Assembly: GCA_947478395.1 (NCBI GenBank)
Contig: CANJVR010000002.1
Span: 352,001-416,000 of the forward strand
Source of the DNA: Opitutia bacterium
Lineage (GTDB): Bacteria; Verrucomicrobiota; Verrucomicrobiia; Opitutales; Opitutaceae
DNA length: 64,000 bases
Reading direction: 5' to 3'
A program made the position numbers and the translations under genes. The stretch's first letter is position 1. Each line of letters starts with the position of its first letter. The notes below the pieces were generated by a model that saw nothing but the letters and a program-made list of their open reading frames with translations, did no database searches and was not told the DNA's origin. Positions 11,878 through 26,423 of the stretch are shown in pieces.

Positions 11878-14373
11878 ATGCTCCGTCCATTTTTTCGCCG
11901 TCTCGCTGCTTCCGTGGGCCAGTCCAATGATCACCGTGGCCGGAGTGCCCTCGCCCCGCAAAACAGCGCTCACCTCGCGACGTCAGACTGGAGTGGCCCA
12001 TCGACGGCGCTGCGAGCACGGGGCGCCCTGCCCACGACGCTTTTGCTGGGGTGGGCGTTGGTCCTCGCGGGATGCCTTTCCACTGCAATCGCCGATCCCC
12101 TTTCGAAGAAAATCGACCTCGATTTCTTTCGTGAAATTCCCAGTCGCAATCTCCGCGGACTCGCCACGCGTTCAGACGGTCGGATGGTCGCCGGCCCGGT
12201 CCTCTCAGAACTCACCGGTTCTCTGCCCGCCGATCTGCTCTGGTGTCTTACCCCATCGTCGGAAAATCAGTGGCTTATCGGCACGGGCCCCGACGGCCGG
12301 ATTTTTGAGGCGACGCTCGATGCGGCCAAAAATAGTTTCACCGCGCGCGAAGTTGCCAAACTCGACGACCCGCAGGTGTTCGCCCTGCGGCGTTTGAGCG
12401 ACGGCTCCATCCTCGCCGGCACGTCACCCCGCGGTGGACTCGTGCTCATCCGGGAAGGAAAAGTCGTTGCGCGAGTTTCCCTACCCGTCGATTCCATTTT
12501 CGATTTGCTCGTTCTGTCCAACCCGGAGCCCGAAACCCCCAACGCGAAACTTCCGGCAACGCTCGCGCCCGTTTTGATCGCGACCGGAAATCCCGGGCGC
12601 ATCTATCAAGTTTCGCCAACGGTGTTCGCCGCCGCGGGCATCGCCGCCGACAAAGTCACCGATCCGAAAATTCTCGCAGAAAAAGGCATCACGCTTTTCG
12701 GCGAAATCCGCGACCGCAACGTCCGCCGGCTCGCACGCGTCGGCGATGCAATCGTCGCCGGCTCCTCGCCGCGCGGAAATATTTACCGGTTTTCGCCACG
12801 CGCGAAAAATTCCCCCGCAGCCGGCCCCGTCGCCCCGGTCATCCTCCAGGAAAATCGCGACGCGGAAGTCACCGATATTCTACCTCAGCCCAACGGCGAT
12901 TTTTATGCCGCCGTCGTTTTCACCACGGTCGGAGGCGATGCCCGCATCAACACCGGGCCCAAGCCCAAGGACGGCGCCAAGGATGCGCCCGATCCGTCCG
13001 CCGTTGCATTGTTCTCCGCGCTCGCCGTCCAGGACCGATTCACCGGTCGCAGTGCGTTGCTTTATTTTCCGGCCGGAGGGTTTCCGGAAACGCTCACGGC
13101 GCGCAACAACGTCGCGTTCTATCAAATCGTGCGGCACGGCGACACCCTCGTCGCCGCCGGCGGCGAGCAAGGCGAACTCGCCGGATATGATCTCGGCTCG
13201 CGTTTTGCGCTCACCTTCGCCGGGAGCACGTCGGCGCAGATTAACGCCCTCGCCGCGGTCGCCGGTACGCCGGGCCGCTTTCTCGCCCTGCGCAATAACC
13301 CAGCCGGCCTCGCGTCGCTCGATTTCGCCTCCACCGGCGAACGCTCGGCCGAGTCGCGTCGTTTCGACCTTTCGACTCCGGCCACCTTTGGCGCGCTTCG
13401 CTTCACCCGACTGCGCAATCTTTCCGCCGATCAAATTACCGTCGAAATCAAAACCAGTTTTGGCACGGATGAAGTGGAAGGTTGGACCGCATGGACCGCC
13501 CTGGCCCCCGGCGATCCCGGGGACCCGTCGTGGCGCGGCTCCGATCTCCGCGGCCGTTACGCCAAGCTCAGATTGAAAATTCTCGCGTCCGCCGCGGCCA
13601 ACGCTCCGGTCGAACTCGACAAGGCTGAGCTCTATTTTCTTCCGCAGAACCGGCGTCCGCTGCTGCAGGAATTCCGGCTGCTTGCGCCCAACGTCGCCGT
13701 CGTGCCGGCGTCTGAGCCGACGCCGTCGGTATCCACGTCGCTCAGTCAAATTCTGGCGAATAGCGGCGTGGAGGACAGCAGCAGTAAACGCACGAGGTCG
13801 AATTTTATGAGCAGCCAAGTCGTGCCCTCGCCCGGCACGCAGGCTGCACTGTGGACGCTAACCGATCCCGATGGCGACAATCTCGCGGCGACGTTTTCTA
13901 TCCGCCGGGAAAATGAAACGACTTGGACGGATCTGGTCGTGGGTACGCGCGATCCCTACGTCCAATTTGAAACGGCGCGCTGGCCCGATGGGGTTTATTT
14001 CACCCGGCTCGTGGCCACCGAACTCGCGCCGCGGGCTGCGGCCGACCGACTCAGCGTCACGTTCGAGACCGACAACCTCATCATCGATCACACGCCGCCG
14101 GTCATCCTCGCGGCTACGGCGGCGCCGAGCGCACAGCGGATGGTCATTAATGTGCACGGTCGTGATGCGCTTTCGCTGCTCGATAGCATCGAGGTCGTTT
14201 TCAACAATGGCTACCGCGAGACCCTCGAACACCCCGTCGATGGCATTCGCGATGGCCGCGAGGAGAGTTTCAACCTCGAGGTTCCGATCGGCAAAGTCAC
14301 GGGTGCCACGGCCGCGGAAGTGACACTTTACGATTCCATCGGGAACGCCACGACCCGCCGAGTTACCTGGTAG
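11878..14373 (+). CDS. Large secreted beta-propeller/beta-sandwich protein of unknown function
   Basis: Repeated GT(G/S)PxG blade motifs and C-terminal DPDGDNL...DGVY...IDHTPP Ig/FN3-like region. Start uncertain; ATG 11878 chosen. Confidence 0.7.
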   Translation: MLRPFFRRLAASVGQSNDHRGRSALAPQNSAHLATSDWSGPSTALRARGALPTTLLLGWALVLAGCLSTAIADPLSKKIDLDFFREIPSRNLRGLATRSDGRMVAGPVLSELTGSLPADLLWCLTPSSENQWLIGTGPDGRIFEATLDAAKNSFTAREVAKLDDPQVFALRRLSDGSILAGTSPRGGLVLIREGKVVARVSLPVDSIFDLLVLSNPEPETPNAKLPATLAPVLIATGNPGRIYQVSPTVFAAAGIAADKVTDPKILAEKGITLFGEIRDRNVRRLARVGDAIVAGSSPRGNIYRFSPRAKNSPAAGPVAPVILQENRDAEVTDILPQPNGDFYAAVVFTTVGGDARINTGPKPKDGAKDAPDPSAVALFSALAVQDRFTGRSALLYFPAGGFPETLTARNNVAFYQIVRHGDTLVAAGGEQGELAGYDLGSRFALTFAGSTSAQINALAAVAGTPGRFLALRNNPAGLASLDFASTGERSAESRRFDLSTPATFGALRFTRLRNLSADQITVEIKTSFGTDEVEGWTAWTALAPGDPGDPSWRGSDLRGRYAKLRLKILASAAANAPVELDKAELYFLPQNRRPLLQEFRLLAPNVAVVPASEPTPSVSTSLSQILANSGVEDSSSKRTRSNFMSSQVVPSPGTQAALWTLTDPDGDNLAATFSIRRENETTWTDLVVGTRDPYVQFETARWPDGVYFTRLVATELAPRAAADRLSVTFETDNLIIDHTPPVILAATAAPSAQRMVINVHGRDALSLLDSIEVVFNNGYRETLEHPVDGIRDGREESFNLEVPIGKVTGATAAEVTLYDSIGNATTRRVTW
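11914..12035. repeat. Degenerate REP-like cluster in the 5' part of the 11878 gene
   Basis: GTGGGCCAGTCCA...TGGAGTGGCCCA inverted pair, GTGGCCGGAGTGCCCTCGCCCCGC and an inverted GGGCGCCCTGCCCAC. Confidence 0.55.
12520..12554 (+). repeat. Degenerate 7-bp tandem tract in CDS
   Basis: aacccgg-agcccga-aaccccc-aacgcga-aacttcc, encoding NPEPETPNAKL. Confidence 0.55.
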
Positions 14374-14573
14374 GGATCACCCCTGGGACGAGCCTGTTTC
14401 GAATTTTGGGTTTGGCGGTTGAACCGGCGATTCTCGCCCACTTGGCGGCGCGATTTTCGGCTGGGAGGATATCCATGGTTCCGACCTATCGCGCTACGAT
14501 GGTTTCGATGGGATCGACCGCGCCTTAGTTACGGGGCTTCGATGAAAATGCGCCTACGCTCTAACCTCCGCCC

Positions 14574-15494
14574 TCATTTCGCCGGCAGCCAGCCGTTGAA
14601 GCGCATCCACGATTCGCAGTGCTTCGGCCACTCGGCCGTCGGCCCGAGCGATGCCGCCATGCCCGAGCCGTGCGGCCCCTTCGGATAAAGGTGCATTTCG
14701 ATTGGCGCCTTCGCGCGGCGCATGCCTTGGAAAAAGAGCAGGCTGTTCTCGACCTTGGCCGTGGTGTCTTCCGTGGAATGGATGAGAAATGTCGGCGGCG
14801 TATCCTTCGTCACCTGCTCGTCTACCGAGAGATGATGTTTCAATTCCTCCGACGGATTGGACCCGAGGAGATTCTTGCGTGACTCACCGTGCGCGACGGG
14901 ATCCATCATCGTGATCACCGGAAAAATCAGGACCATGAAATCCGGCCGTCCGCTGACCGCGTCCAGCGGGGCGCCGGTGCGGCCCTCCGGGGCGTCAAAC
15001 AAGGTGCCCGCCGACGCGGTTAAATGCGCGCCCGCCGAACCGCCGAGCATGCCGATGCGGTCGGGTTTGATTCCCCATTCGGCCGCCCGGGAACGCACGG
15101 TGCGCACGGCGCGCAACGCATCGCGCAATGGGGCCGGATGCCCGTATTCGACGTTCCGGTACTTTAGCACAAAAACTGTGATCCCGAGCGAATTCAGCCA
15201 TTGCGTGACTTCGCCGCCATTTACGCCGACGGCGACCCGCAGGTAACCGCCGCCCGCCGCGTAGATGACGGCCGTGCCGTTGGCCTTGCCCGCGGGTGGC
15301 GCGTACACGAGGAGAGCGGGATGACTGATATGAAGATAGCGGCCGTTCTCCTCCACCTCAGCCGGCACATCTGTTTTCAAACCGGGAACGCCTTCGGGCC
15401 AAAGATTGATCACGGGCGGCCCTTCGGCGGCGCGAAGTGATACGGCAGCTAAGCTGGAAAACACGATCAGCGAAAACAGGCGGCGGGGATTCAT
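14574..15494 (-). CDS. Secreted alpha/beta hydrolase (carbohydrate esterase-like)
   Basis: Signal peptide, GGGY oxyanion motif, GGSAG nucleophile, PPTFLIH..ED and GPHG. Confidence 0.88.
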   Translation of the reverse strand: MNPRRLFSLIVFSSLAAVSLRAAEGPPVINLWPEGVPGLKTDVPAEVEENGRYLHISHPALLVYAPPAGKANGTAVIYAAGGGYLRVAVGVNGGEVTQWLNSLGITVFVLKYRNVEYGHPAPLRDALRAVRTVRSRAAEWGIKPDRIGMLGGSAGAHLTASAGTLFDAPEGRTGAPLDAVSGRPDFMVLIFPVITMMDPVAHGESRKNLLGSNPSEELKHHLSVDEQVTKDTPPTFLIHSTEDTTAKVENSLLFFQGMRRAKAPIEMHLYPKGPHGSGMAASLGPTAEWPKHCESWMRFNGWLPAK

Positions 15495-15662
15495 TGAAGA
15501 TGGGCGGGGATTTCTGAACGACACCTTTGTTGTCGGAGGACCACGATCGAGTCAGGCGCGTAAATAATAATTCAGCATCGGACAGTGCCGGCTCGGGGTG
15601 GTCGGGCCAGGGCGCAAGCGCGCTGACTCAGGGTGGCGGATGATGCGGATCGGCGGGTGCGT

Positions 15663-16187
15663 TTATTCTTCCGCTGCACCCGGCGCGGCATTCATCAAGG
15701 CGAGGCCGACGGCCACCCGACGACGCAGGTAGTAAATCGCCATGCTGCCTTGGTAGAGCACGGTTAGTCCTCCCACCATTTGAAAGCTCAGCCGGTAAAC
15801 GAAGTGCAGGTATTCGTCGGTGCTCCAGCCCAGCTGTGCCGCGGTCGTTTCGACCAGCGTCGCCACGTTCGGCGGAATCGGTGGGATCACCACATTTGCC
15901 AGGCGAAATGCACAGTAGCCAAGCATCGCCGCCATCATAAAAAACTGGCTGCCAATCACCCAGTTCATTCCTTCCGCATAGCCAGCCTTTAACAGCGTGA
16001 CGCCGTGCAACTCGATCGCGCCGGTCCCGGCCACGAGCAAACCGATGATCGCACCGCGATAGTCGCCGGCGGCGGCCGCGAGCAGGCCAAAAAAACCCGC
16101 GATCGTCAGCACGCTCATGCCGTCGAATCGCGCGAGACGCAGTACGCGCTGCAGAATCACCTCGGGCAGGAGCGGCGGCATTGACAT
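15663..16187 (-). CDS. Hypothetical membrane protein (about 4 TM)
   Basis: Hydrophobic ORF that fills the gap between neighbours; no recognised motif. Confidence 0.65.
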   Translation of the reverse strand: MSMPPLLPEVILQRVLRLARFDGMSVLTIAGFFGLLAAAAGDYRGAIIGLLVAGTGAIELHGVTLLKAGYAEGMNWVIGSQFFMMAAMLGYCAFRLANVVIPPIPPNVATLVETTAAQLGWSTDEYLHFVYRLSFQMVGGLTVLYQGSMAIYYLRRRVAVGLALMNAAPGAAEE

Positions 16188-16208
16188 GGAAGAGTTGTCA
16201 TTCCCGCA

Positions 16209-20570
<4,362 letters not shown>

Positions 20571-20878
20571 GCACGCGTGGACGTTATCCACCGCTGGTGA
20601 AAGTAGTCCTGACTCGTTTGCCGCCGAAACGTTTTGGCGTCGGAGCGTCATGGACTCCGAAATGTTGTCCGCGCGATGAGCAAACTCTGACGGCGTAAAG
20701 CGAGCGACCCTTTCGGTTCTTTCGTTCCGGCATGCGGGTCGCTGTCCGGCCCCATTTCAACGTCGCTCTCGTCCATGGGCTAAGTGCGTTAGCCCGGGTG
20801 ATTTTGCGGACCGTCGCGCTAGAAATCGCGTGACAGCCGGGGGATTTTCTTTTCTTAGCTCACCGCTACCAATCTCCC

Positions 20879-21484
20879 ATGAGCGATCATTTCGACGAAT
20901 TAAAGGGCCTCGTTGCGACTCTTGAAGCGGACCGTAAAACGCAGAAAGAAAAAGAAAAACGCGACGCGTGGACCAAGTATGTCTCGCTGTCGATGATCTG
21001 TCTCGCGGTGCTGGCCGCCATCGGCACGCAGCGCGGCGCGGGTTATTCATCGGCAACGATGAAGCAACTCAACGAGGCGACCTTCAATCAGGCCGAAGCG
21101 TCCGACCAGTGGGCTTTCTATCAAGCGAAGGGCATCAAACAGAGCATCTACGAACAGGAACGCGACCGCCTCGACACAGTTGGCAATCCCGATCCGAAAG
21201 TGCTCGCGTCGGTCACCGGCCGCATCGATCGCTACGAAAACGAGAAAAAGCAGATTTCCGCCGACGCCAAAAAACTTGAGGCGAAGCGCGACGAGGCCCG
21301 GAGTGCGGCAACACTCGCCGCCGATCTCGCTCGAGAAATGGGTCTCGCTACCACGGTTTTCCAAATCGCGATCGCCCTCGGCGGTGTGTGCCTGGTCGTT
21401 AAAAAGCGCTGGTTGTGGTACGTCTCGATGGGCACCGGCACGCTCGCGGCCGCCCAGATGTTTAAAGTTCTGCTGCTTAAATAG
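20879..21484 (+). CDS. DUF4337-like membrane protein
   Basis: TM helix, ASDQWAFYQAKGIKQ, coiled coil, FQIAIAL and C-terminal TM helices. Confidence 0.8.
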   Translation: MSDHFDELKGLVATLEADRKTQKEKEKRDAWTKYVSLSMICLAVLAAIGTQRGAGYSSATMKQLNEATFNQAEASDQWAFYQAKGIKQSIYEQERDRLDTVGNPDPKVLASVTGRIDRYENEKKQISADAKKLEAKRDEARSAATLAADLAREMGLATTVFQIAIALGGVCLVVKKRWLWYVSMGTGTLAAAQMFKVLLLK

Positions 21485-21772
21485 AGATCACCCCTCGCTC
21501 GCCGGCGGCTCCTCCGTTTGCGACCGCGTAAGGGCGATGCTCGCCACGAAACGTCGCCGGCATTGGCCGGTAGTCAGCCACGGTTGTTTGGGTGGAGTTA
21601 TCGCGATCGGCGATATTCAGCGCTGGATGGACCAAGGATCGTTTTTGAATTAAGCGAATGGTTTCGCACCGATCCGTTGGCGTAAGCGAACGTCGTGCGA
21701 CCTCGCACCCCGAACGATCCGACCGCTTGCGCGTCGCGCGTCGGTAATTATCGGCCCACATTCTTTCGCACT

Positions 21773-22858
21773 ATGACCCCATTGTTTCGCCATTTCCTGA
21801 TCGGCCTTGCTTTTGTCTCCGCTGTTGGCCGCGCCGAATGGCAGATTTCCACCGTTGCCGGCACTGGTGTGGCCGGATTTACCGGCGACGGCGGCCCCGC
21901 GAATAAAGCGCAAGTCGATATGCCGTTCGGCGTCGTGCGCGGGCCGGACGGCGCGATCTGGTTCTGTGAGTATAACGGGCAACGCATCCGCCGGATTGCG
22001 GCCGACGGGACCATAAGCACGATCGCCGGCACGGGCAAAAAGGGTTACTCGGGCGACGGCGGGCCGGCCTCGGAAGCGACCTTCAATTTGCCGCACGAGA
22101 TCCGTTTCGATGCCGCCGGAAATCTTTTTGTTGCCGATATGTCCAACCACGTGATCCGCCGGATCGACGCGAAGACGCACCTGATCACGACGGTCGCCGG
22201 CACGGGCAAACGCGGCTATTCGGGCGACGGGGGTCCGGCGCGTGAAGCCATGTTCAATCAACCGCACAGCATTCAATTTGGACCCGGCGGATTGCTCTAC
22301 ATCTGCGATGTCGGGAACAACGTAATTCGTCGGGTGGATCTCGCCACCGGCATCGTCAGCCTCTTTTCCGGTACGGGGAAACCCGGCGTCACCCCGGATC
22401 AGGCACCCATTGCAGGCACGCCGCTGCGGGCCCCTCGCTCGCTCGATTTTGATCAAGCCGGCAATCTCTGGCTCGCGACGCGCGAGGGAAATCAGGTGTT
22501 CAAATTCGATCTCAAAGCCGGCATCATTCACCACGTCGCCGGCACCGGTGAGTCGGGCTTCACCGGCAATGGCGGTCCGGCGAAACTTGCGAAACTGAGC
22601 GGACCCAAGGGCATCGCGGTCGACGCGGCCGGCAACGTTTGGTTCGCCGACACCGAGAGCCACACTATCAGGCGTGTGAACGCGACGACGGGTAACATCG
22701 AGCTGATCGCCGGCACCGGTGATAAAGGCAACGGCCCCGACGGCGATGCACTCAAATGCGCGCTTAACCGCCCGCACGGAGTTTTTGTCGACGCCGACGG
22801 CTCAGTCTTCGTCGGTGACAGCGAAGCGCATGGCGTGCGCTTGTTGCGCGAGCGTTGA
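21773..22858 (+). CDS. Secreted NHL-repeat beta-propeller protein
   Basis: Repeated T(V/I)AGTG..G(Y/F).GDGGPA...P units after a signal peptide. Confidence 0.9.
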   Translation: MTPLFRHFLIGLAFVSAVGRAEWQISTVAGTGVAGFTGDGGPANKAQVDMPFGVVRGPDGAIWFCEYNGQRIRRIAADGTISTIAGTGKKGYSGDGGPASEATFNLPHEIRFDAAGNLFVADMSNHVIRRIDAKTHLITTVAGTGKRGYSGDGGPAREAMFNQPHSIQFGPGGLLYICDVGNNVIRRVDLATGIVSLFSGTGKPGVTPDQAPIAGTPLRAPRSLDFDQAGNLWLATREGNQVFKFDLKAGIIHHVAGTGESGFTGNGGPAKLAKLSGPKGIAVDAAGNVWFADTESHTIRRVNATTGNIELIAGTGDKGNGPDGDALKCALNRPHGVFVDADGSVFVGDSEAHGVRLLRER

Positions 22859-22884
22859 ACCGCGCCGCGGATTGACGGCGCCCT

Positions 22885-23712
22885 TTAGCGCGCCCGTAGG
22901 TTTTCCATTCTCGCCGCGCGGACGTATGCGCGCGCCGCCCACACGAGCTGGAAACGTCCGTGACGTTGGACCAACCGCAGGCGCGCGCCAAACGTCGCAG
23001 CGAGCCGGCGGCTCGTGAGGATTTTTGCCCGCGGACCCGCCGCTACGACGGCGCCATCCCGCAACAGCAGGGCGTGGGAAAAGCACGGCAGAATCTCCTC
23101 CACGTGGTGGGTGACCATTACAAGCGCGGGCGAGCCCGGCAGTCCGGCCAATCGGCCCAAAAACTCGAGGAAATCCTCGCGCGCCACCGGATCGAGTCCC
23201 GCGCAGGGCTCATCCAGGATGAGCAGCCGCGGTTTTGCCATGAGCGCGCGAGCGATGAGGACGCGCTGACGTTCCCCTTGGGAAAGAAACTGCCATTCGC
23301 GATCGGCGAGCTGCGGTACCCCAAGCGAGCGGAGAAGTTTCCGCGCGGCGGCCACATCGCGGCGCGTAGGGGTGAGCCACAGATCGAGTTGCGCATACCG
23401 GCCGCTGATCACGGTCTCGATCGCCCGCTCGGCCGCGGGCACGCTGGCCTGCAATGCGCTGGTCACGATGCCTATTTTGAGCCGGAGATCGCGCCAGTCC
23501 GCTTCGCCATAACGCTCACCGAGCAAGGAAATCTCGCCGCTGCTGGCCGATAGGTAGCCGAGCAATACCTTCAGCAGCGTCGTCTTGCCGCAGCCGTTAG
23601 GCCCGAGCACGGCCCAGTGTTCGCCACGAAGAACGCGCCAGTTCACTCCGCGCAAAATAGTGCTAGACCCGCGTTGCACCCGCAGATCGGTAACTTCGAG
23701 AATCGGCGACAT
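22885..23712 (-). CDS. ABC transporter ATP-binding protein (ModF-like)
   Basis: GEHWAVLGPNGCGKTT, LSQGERQR, LILDEP and VTHH motifs. Confidence 0.92.
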   Translation of the reverse strand: MSPILEVTDLRVQRGSSTILRGVNWRVLRGEHWAVLGPNGCGKTTLLKVLLGYLSASSGEISLLGERYGEADWRDLRLKIGIVTSALQASVPAAERAIETVISGRYAQLDLWLTPTRRDVAAARKLLRSLGVPQLADREWQFLSQGERQRVLIARALMAKPRLLILDEPCAGLDPVAREDFLEFLGRLAGLPGSPALVMVTHHVEEILPCFSHALLLRDGAVVAAGPRAKILTSRRLAATFGARLRLVQRHGRFQLVWAARAYVRAARMENLRAR

Positions 23713-23865
23713 CGTCCCAGTTTGCGGCGCCGGAGTTGCCCCGGTCAACCGCGCTTCCCCAGCGCTCAAAGTGCACGGCATTATCCGGACGCGCGAAAAA
23801 ATCCGCTTTGCGTTTGGACGGGCTCCGCCAAGTTACGAGCAGAGTTTCCGTATATTAATTCACCG

Positions 23866-24231
23866 ATGTCCCTCACGATTTATACCTACGCCAATTGCGA
23901 TACCTGCCGCCGGGCGATCAAGTGGCTTCAGGCCCACGCGATCACATTTTCCGAGAAACCGATTCGTGAAATTCCTCCGAGTTCGGCCGAGCTGCGCACG
24001 ATGCTGGCCGCCCGCGGCGGTGAACTGCGAAAATTGTTTAACACATCGGGCCGGGATTACCGCGCACTCAGCCTCGGCGAGAAATTGCCTGCGATGACCA
24101 CGGCGGCCGCCCTTTCCCTCCTGACGGGAAACGGCAATTTGGTGAAGCGCCCGTTTTTAATCGGATCGAATGGCGTCGCAGAAGTTGGCTTTGACGAGAC
24201 GGCGTGGTCCGCCGCACTGTTGGCGAAATGA
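23866..24231 (+). CDS. ArsC/Spx/YffB-family protein
   Basis: CDTCRRA, LFNTSG..YR and LVKRP motifs. Confidence 0.92.
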   Translation: MSLTIYTYANCDTCRRAIKWLQAHAITFSEKPIREIPPSSAELRTMLAARGGELRKLFNTSGRDYRALSLGEKLPAMTTAAALSLLTGNGNLVKRPFLIGSNGVAEVGFDETAWSAALLAK

Positions 24232-24476
24232 ATCCGCTGCAATCACTGGTGCGCTGGCTCGGCACCCATACGCTTTTCCCGGCAAGCCGGCTAAATGCCC
24301 GCGCCGAGACGATGCTTTGTATCGCAGCGCTCGCGGCGGCAGACGAGGCCGCGGCCCTGGCCGGCACCAGGCATTTAATCAAATCGCGCGACGGCGCCAA
24401 GGATTCGGCCCTGCGCTCGTACAACTATCGGCGCAATCAGGTTCACTACGTCTGCGACAACAGTGCGAAGGTCTAA
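24228..24476 (+). CDS. Small hypothetical protein (82 aa)
   Basis: ATGA overlap with the ArsC-family stop codon; no recognised motif. Confidence 0.45.
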   Translation: MNPLQSLVRWLGTHTLFPASRLNARAETMLCIAALAAADEAAALAGTRHLIKSRDGAKDSALRSYNYRRNQVHYVCDNSAKV

Positions 24477-24807
24477 GGGACGGAGAAAAAACCTCGTTCC
24501 GCATGCGCAGAGCCGGGCTTAACGCTCCCTCCGCTCGGCCGTGGCGCTCCGAAATCTTCGGGCAAATCTTTTCGGCGCTCGTTTCAGCCCAGACCTCGTA
24601 AGTTTTAGCATTTTTTTCTGATTTCCGGTCTGAGCCCGTCCGCCAACTCCGGGGCCGAATGCGGCCCGTTGGTCCGACGTGTCCATCGGGTGTTTGTTGT
24701 AGTCGTCGCGCTTTCCGAAAGGGAAAAACAATTTCGACGTAGTGCGGTGATCCTCCGCGACGAACATGATTGCCGCCTTGGTGACCGCGCGCATTTTTCC
24801 CGGTCTC

Positions 24808-25683
24808 ATGACTCCGTTCTCCACGATACTTACGCATCCCGGCGGTGCTCACAAAGACGAGTTCCTCGCGTGTTGCGTTTTGGTCGCACTACGACCGGTG
24901 CCAATCCTGCGGCGCGAACCAAGTGCCGCCGACCTGCTCGATCCCGCGATGTGCATCGTAGATGTCGGCCAGCAACACGATCCAGCGCACAACAACTACG
25001 ATCATCATCAGCTGGCGAAAGATCATCCGCCCACGTGTTCGCTCTCGCTCGTCCTGAGGGAGATCGGAATTTACGAGGACGCGCGCCAGTTCTGCGAATG
25101 GCTTGAGCCGGCCGAGTGGTTCGATTGTCGCGGACCATTTGCGACCGCACAGTGGCTCGGCGTGGAACGAGGTGTGTTGGACAAACTAATTTCCCCCATC
25201 GACATCACGTTGCTGCGCCGTTTCGCGTCGCAGTCGCGACTTTCGCCTTCGGAGCCGCTGTGGGAAATTATGCGTATGGTCGGGGAAGACCTGCTGGAAT
25301 ACGTGAAGTCGCTGCGTTCCCGCCTCGATTTTCTCGCCCGACATACGGAAATCTGGGAGTTCGACCTCGGCGACGGACCGGCCCAAGTTCTATTTCTCGC
25401 GCGCACTGAACCATTGCCGGACGAGCCCTCATCAGGGATGGAGCGGTACGTTGAGGGTCGTGGACTCAAAGACAAAGTTGTCGCGATGATCTACCCGGAT
25501 CGACGCGGTCAAGGCTACGGTCTTTCCCGTTTCCGCGACAGTATGCGGCTTGATTTCACGCGCATCGCATCGGATCCGCAGGTGCATTTCGCTCACGCCC
25601 GGGGATTCGTGGCCAAAACTTCCGCGACAAGCGTTGCGGAATTAAAGCGCCTGATTGAGCTCGCAGCGGTGCAGCTGGACTGA
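24808..25683 (+). CDS. MYG1-family metal-dependent hydrolase/exonuclease
   Basis: THPGGAHKDE, VDVG, YDHHQ and FAHARGF motifs. Confidence 0.85.
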   Translation: MTPFSTILTHPGGAHKDEFLACCVLVALRPVPILRREPSAADLLDPAMCIVDVGQQHDPAHNNYDHHQLAKDHPPTCSLSLVLREIGIYEDARQFCEWLEPAEWFDCRGPFATAQWLGVERGVLDKLISPIDITLLRRFASQSRLSPSEPLWEIMRMVGEDLLEYVKSLRSRLDFLARHTEIWEFDLGDGPAQVLFLARTEPLPDEPSSGMERYVEGRGLKDKVVAMIYPDRRGQGYGLSRFRDSMRLDFTRIASDPQVHFAHARGFVAKTSATSVAELKRLIELAAVQLD

Positions 25684-25697
25684 GCGGGACTAGGCAG

Positions 25698-25789
25698 GCA
25701 GGGCGCTTGATCCGTAACGAGCCGACTTGGCGTCGCGCTCGCTCTGAGCCGGGTTGCCCAACAGCGTGTTAAAGGATAGCCCGGCCTAC
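25698..25789. repeat. Degenerate inverted REP doublet between convergent genes
   Basis: GCAGGGCGCTTGATCCGTAACGAGCC...GCGTGTTAAAGGATAGCCCGGCCTAC. Confidence 0.65.
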
Positions 25790-25834
25790 CTTCGGAAGGG
25801 GCGCACGCCGCGCGTTTCGGCCCGCGCAGCCACC

Positions 25835-26260
25835 CTACGCTAGCGTCGCATCAAGCGTGATGGTCGCGGTGAGTAGGCGGGAGATCGGGCAGCCAGCTTT
25901 GGCCTTGGCGGCGATCTCGTTGAACTGAGCCAGCGCGATTCCGGGAACGGTGGCCTTCGCTCGAAGGTGTGACGCGGTCACGGTCCAGCCCGCCGGCGGA
26001 ACATTCTCGAGGCTCACTTCGGCGGTGACTTCGACGCGCTCGGGTTTAAATCCGGCTTCGCCCAGCATGGCCGAGAATGCCATCGCGAAACAGCCCGAGT
26101 GGGCCGCGGCGATCAACTCTTCCGGATTGGTGCCAACACCCGACGCGAAGCGGGAGTTGAAGGAATAAGCGGCATCCTTCAAAGCGCCGCCCGGGGCGCT
26201 GAGGGAGCCATTACCTTCTTTGAGTGAACCATTCCAGACGGCGGAGGCGGTGCGTTTCAT
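25835..26260 (-). CDS. osmC: OsmC-family peroxiredoxin
   Basis: GTNPEELIAAAHSGCF and AKAGCPIS motifs. Confidence 0.95.
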   Translation of the reverse strand: MKRTASAVWNGSLKEGNGSLSAPGGALKDAAYSFNSRFASGVGTNPEELIAAAHSGCFAMAFSAMLGEAGFKPERVEVTAEVSLENVPPAGWTVTASHLRAKATVPGIALAQFNEIAAKAKAGCPISRLLTATITLDATLA

Positions 26261-26423
26261 AGGCTGGTACCGCTAGTCTCGCAGACCGGTTTGGCAAACC
26301 CTCTCTCAAAAATTTTAAAAAAGTGGCGCGAGGCTTTGGCGGTCTCGTGCAGTCCGGAACGCGGGTCGAAGATGTGCGCTACTTGAGGGCGGCGCCTTGA
26401 TTTATCGCGCGGGCCGCACTCAC

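Noticed and set aside
14388..14480. GAGCCTGTTTCGAA, resembling an IS or MITE end
   Set aside because: No matching second end and no transposase remnant is visible.
21840..22800. Recurring GCCGGCACGGGC...GGCGACGGCGG DNA repeats resembling an array
   Set aside because: Explained by NHL protein repeats; there is no CRISPR-like repeat-spacer structure.
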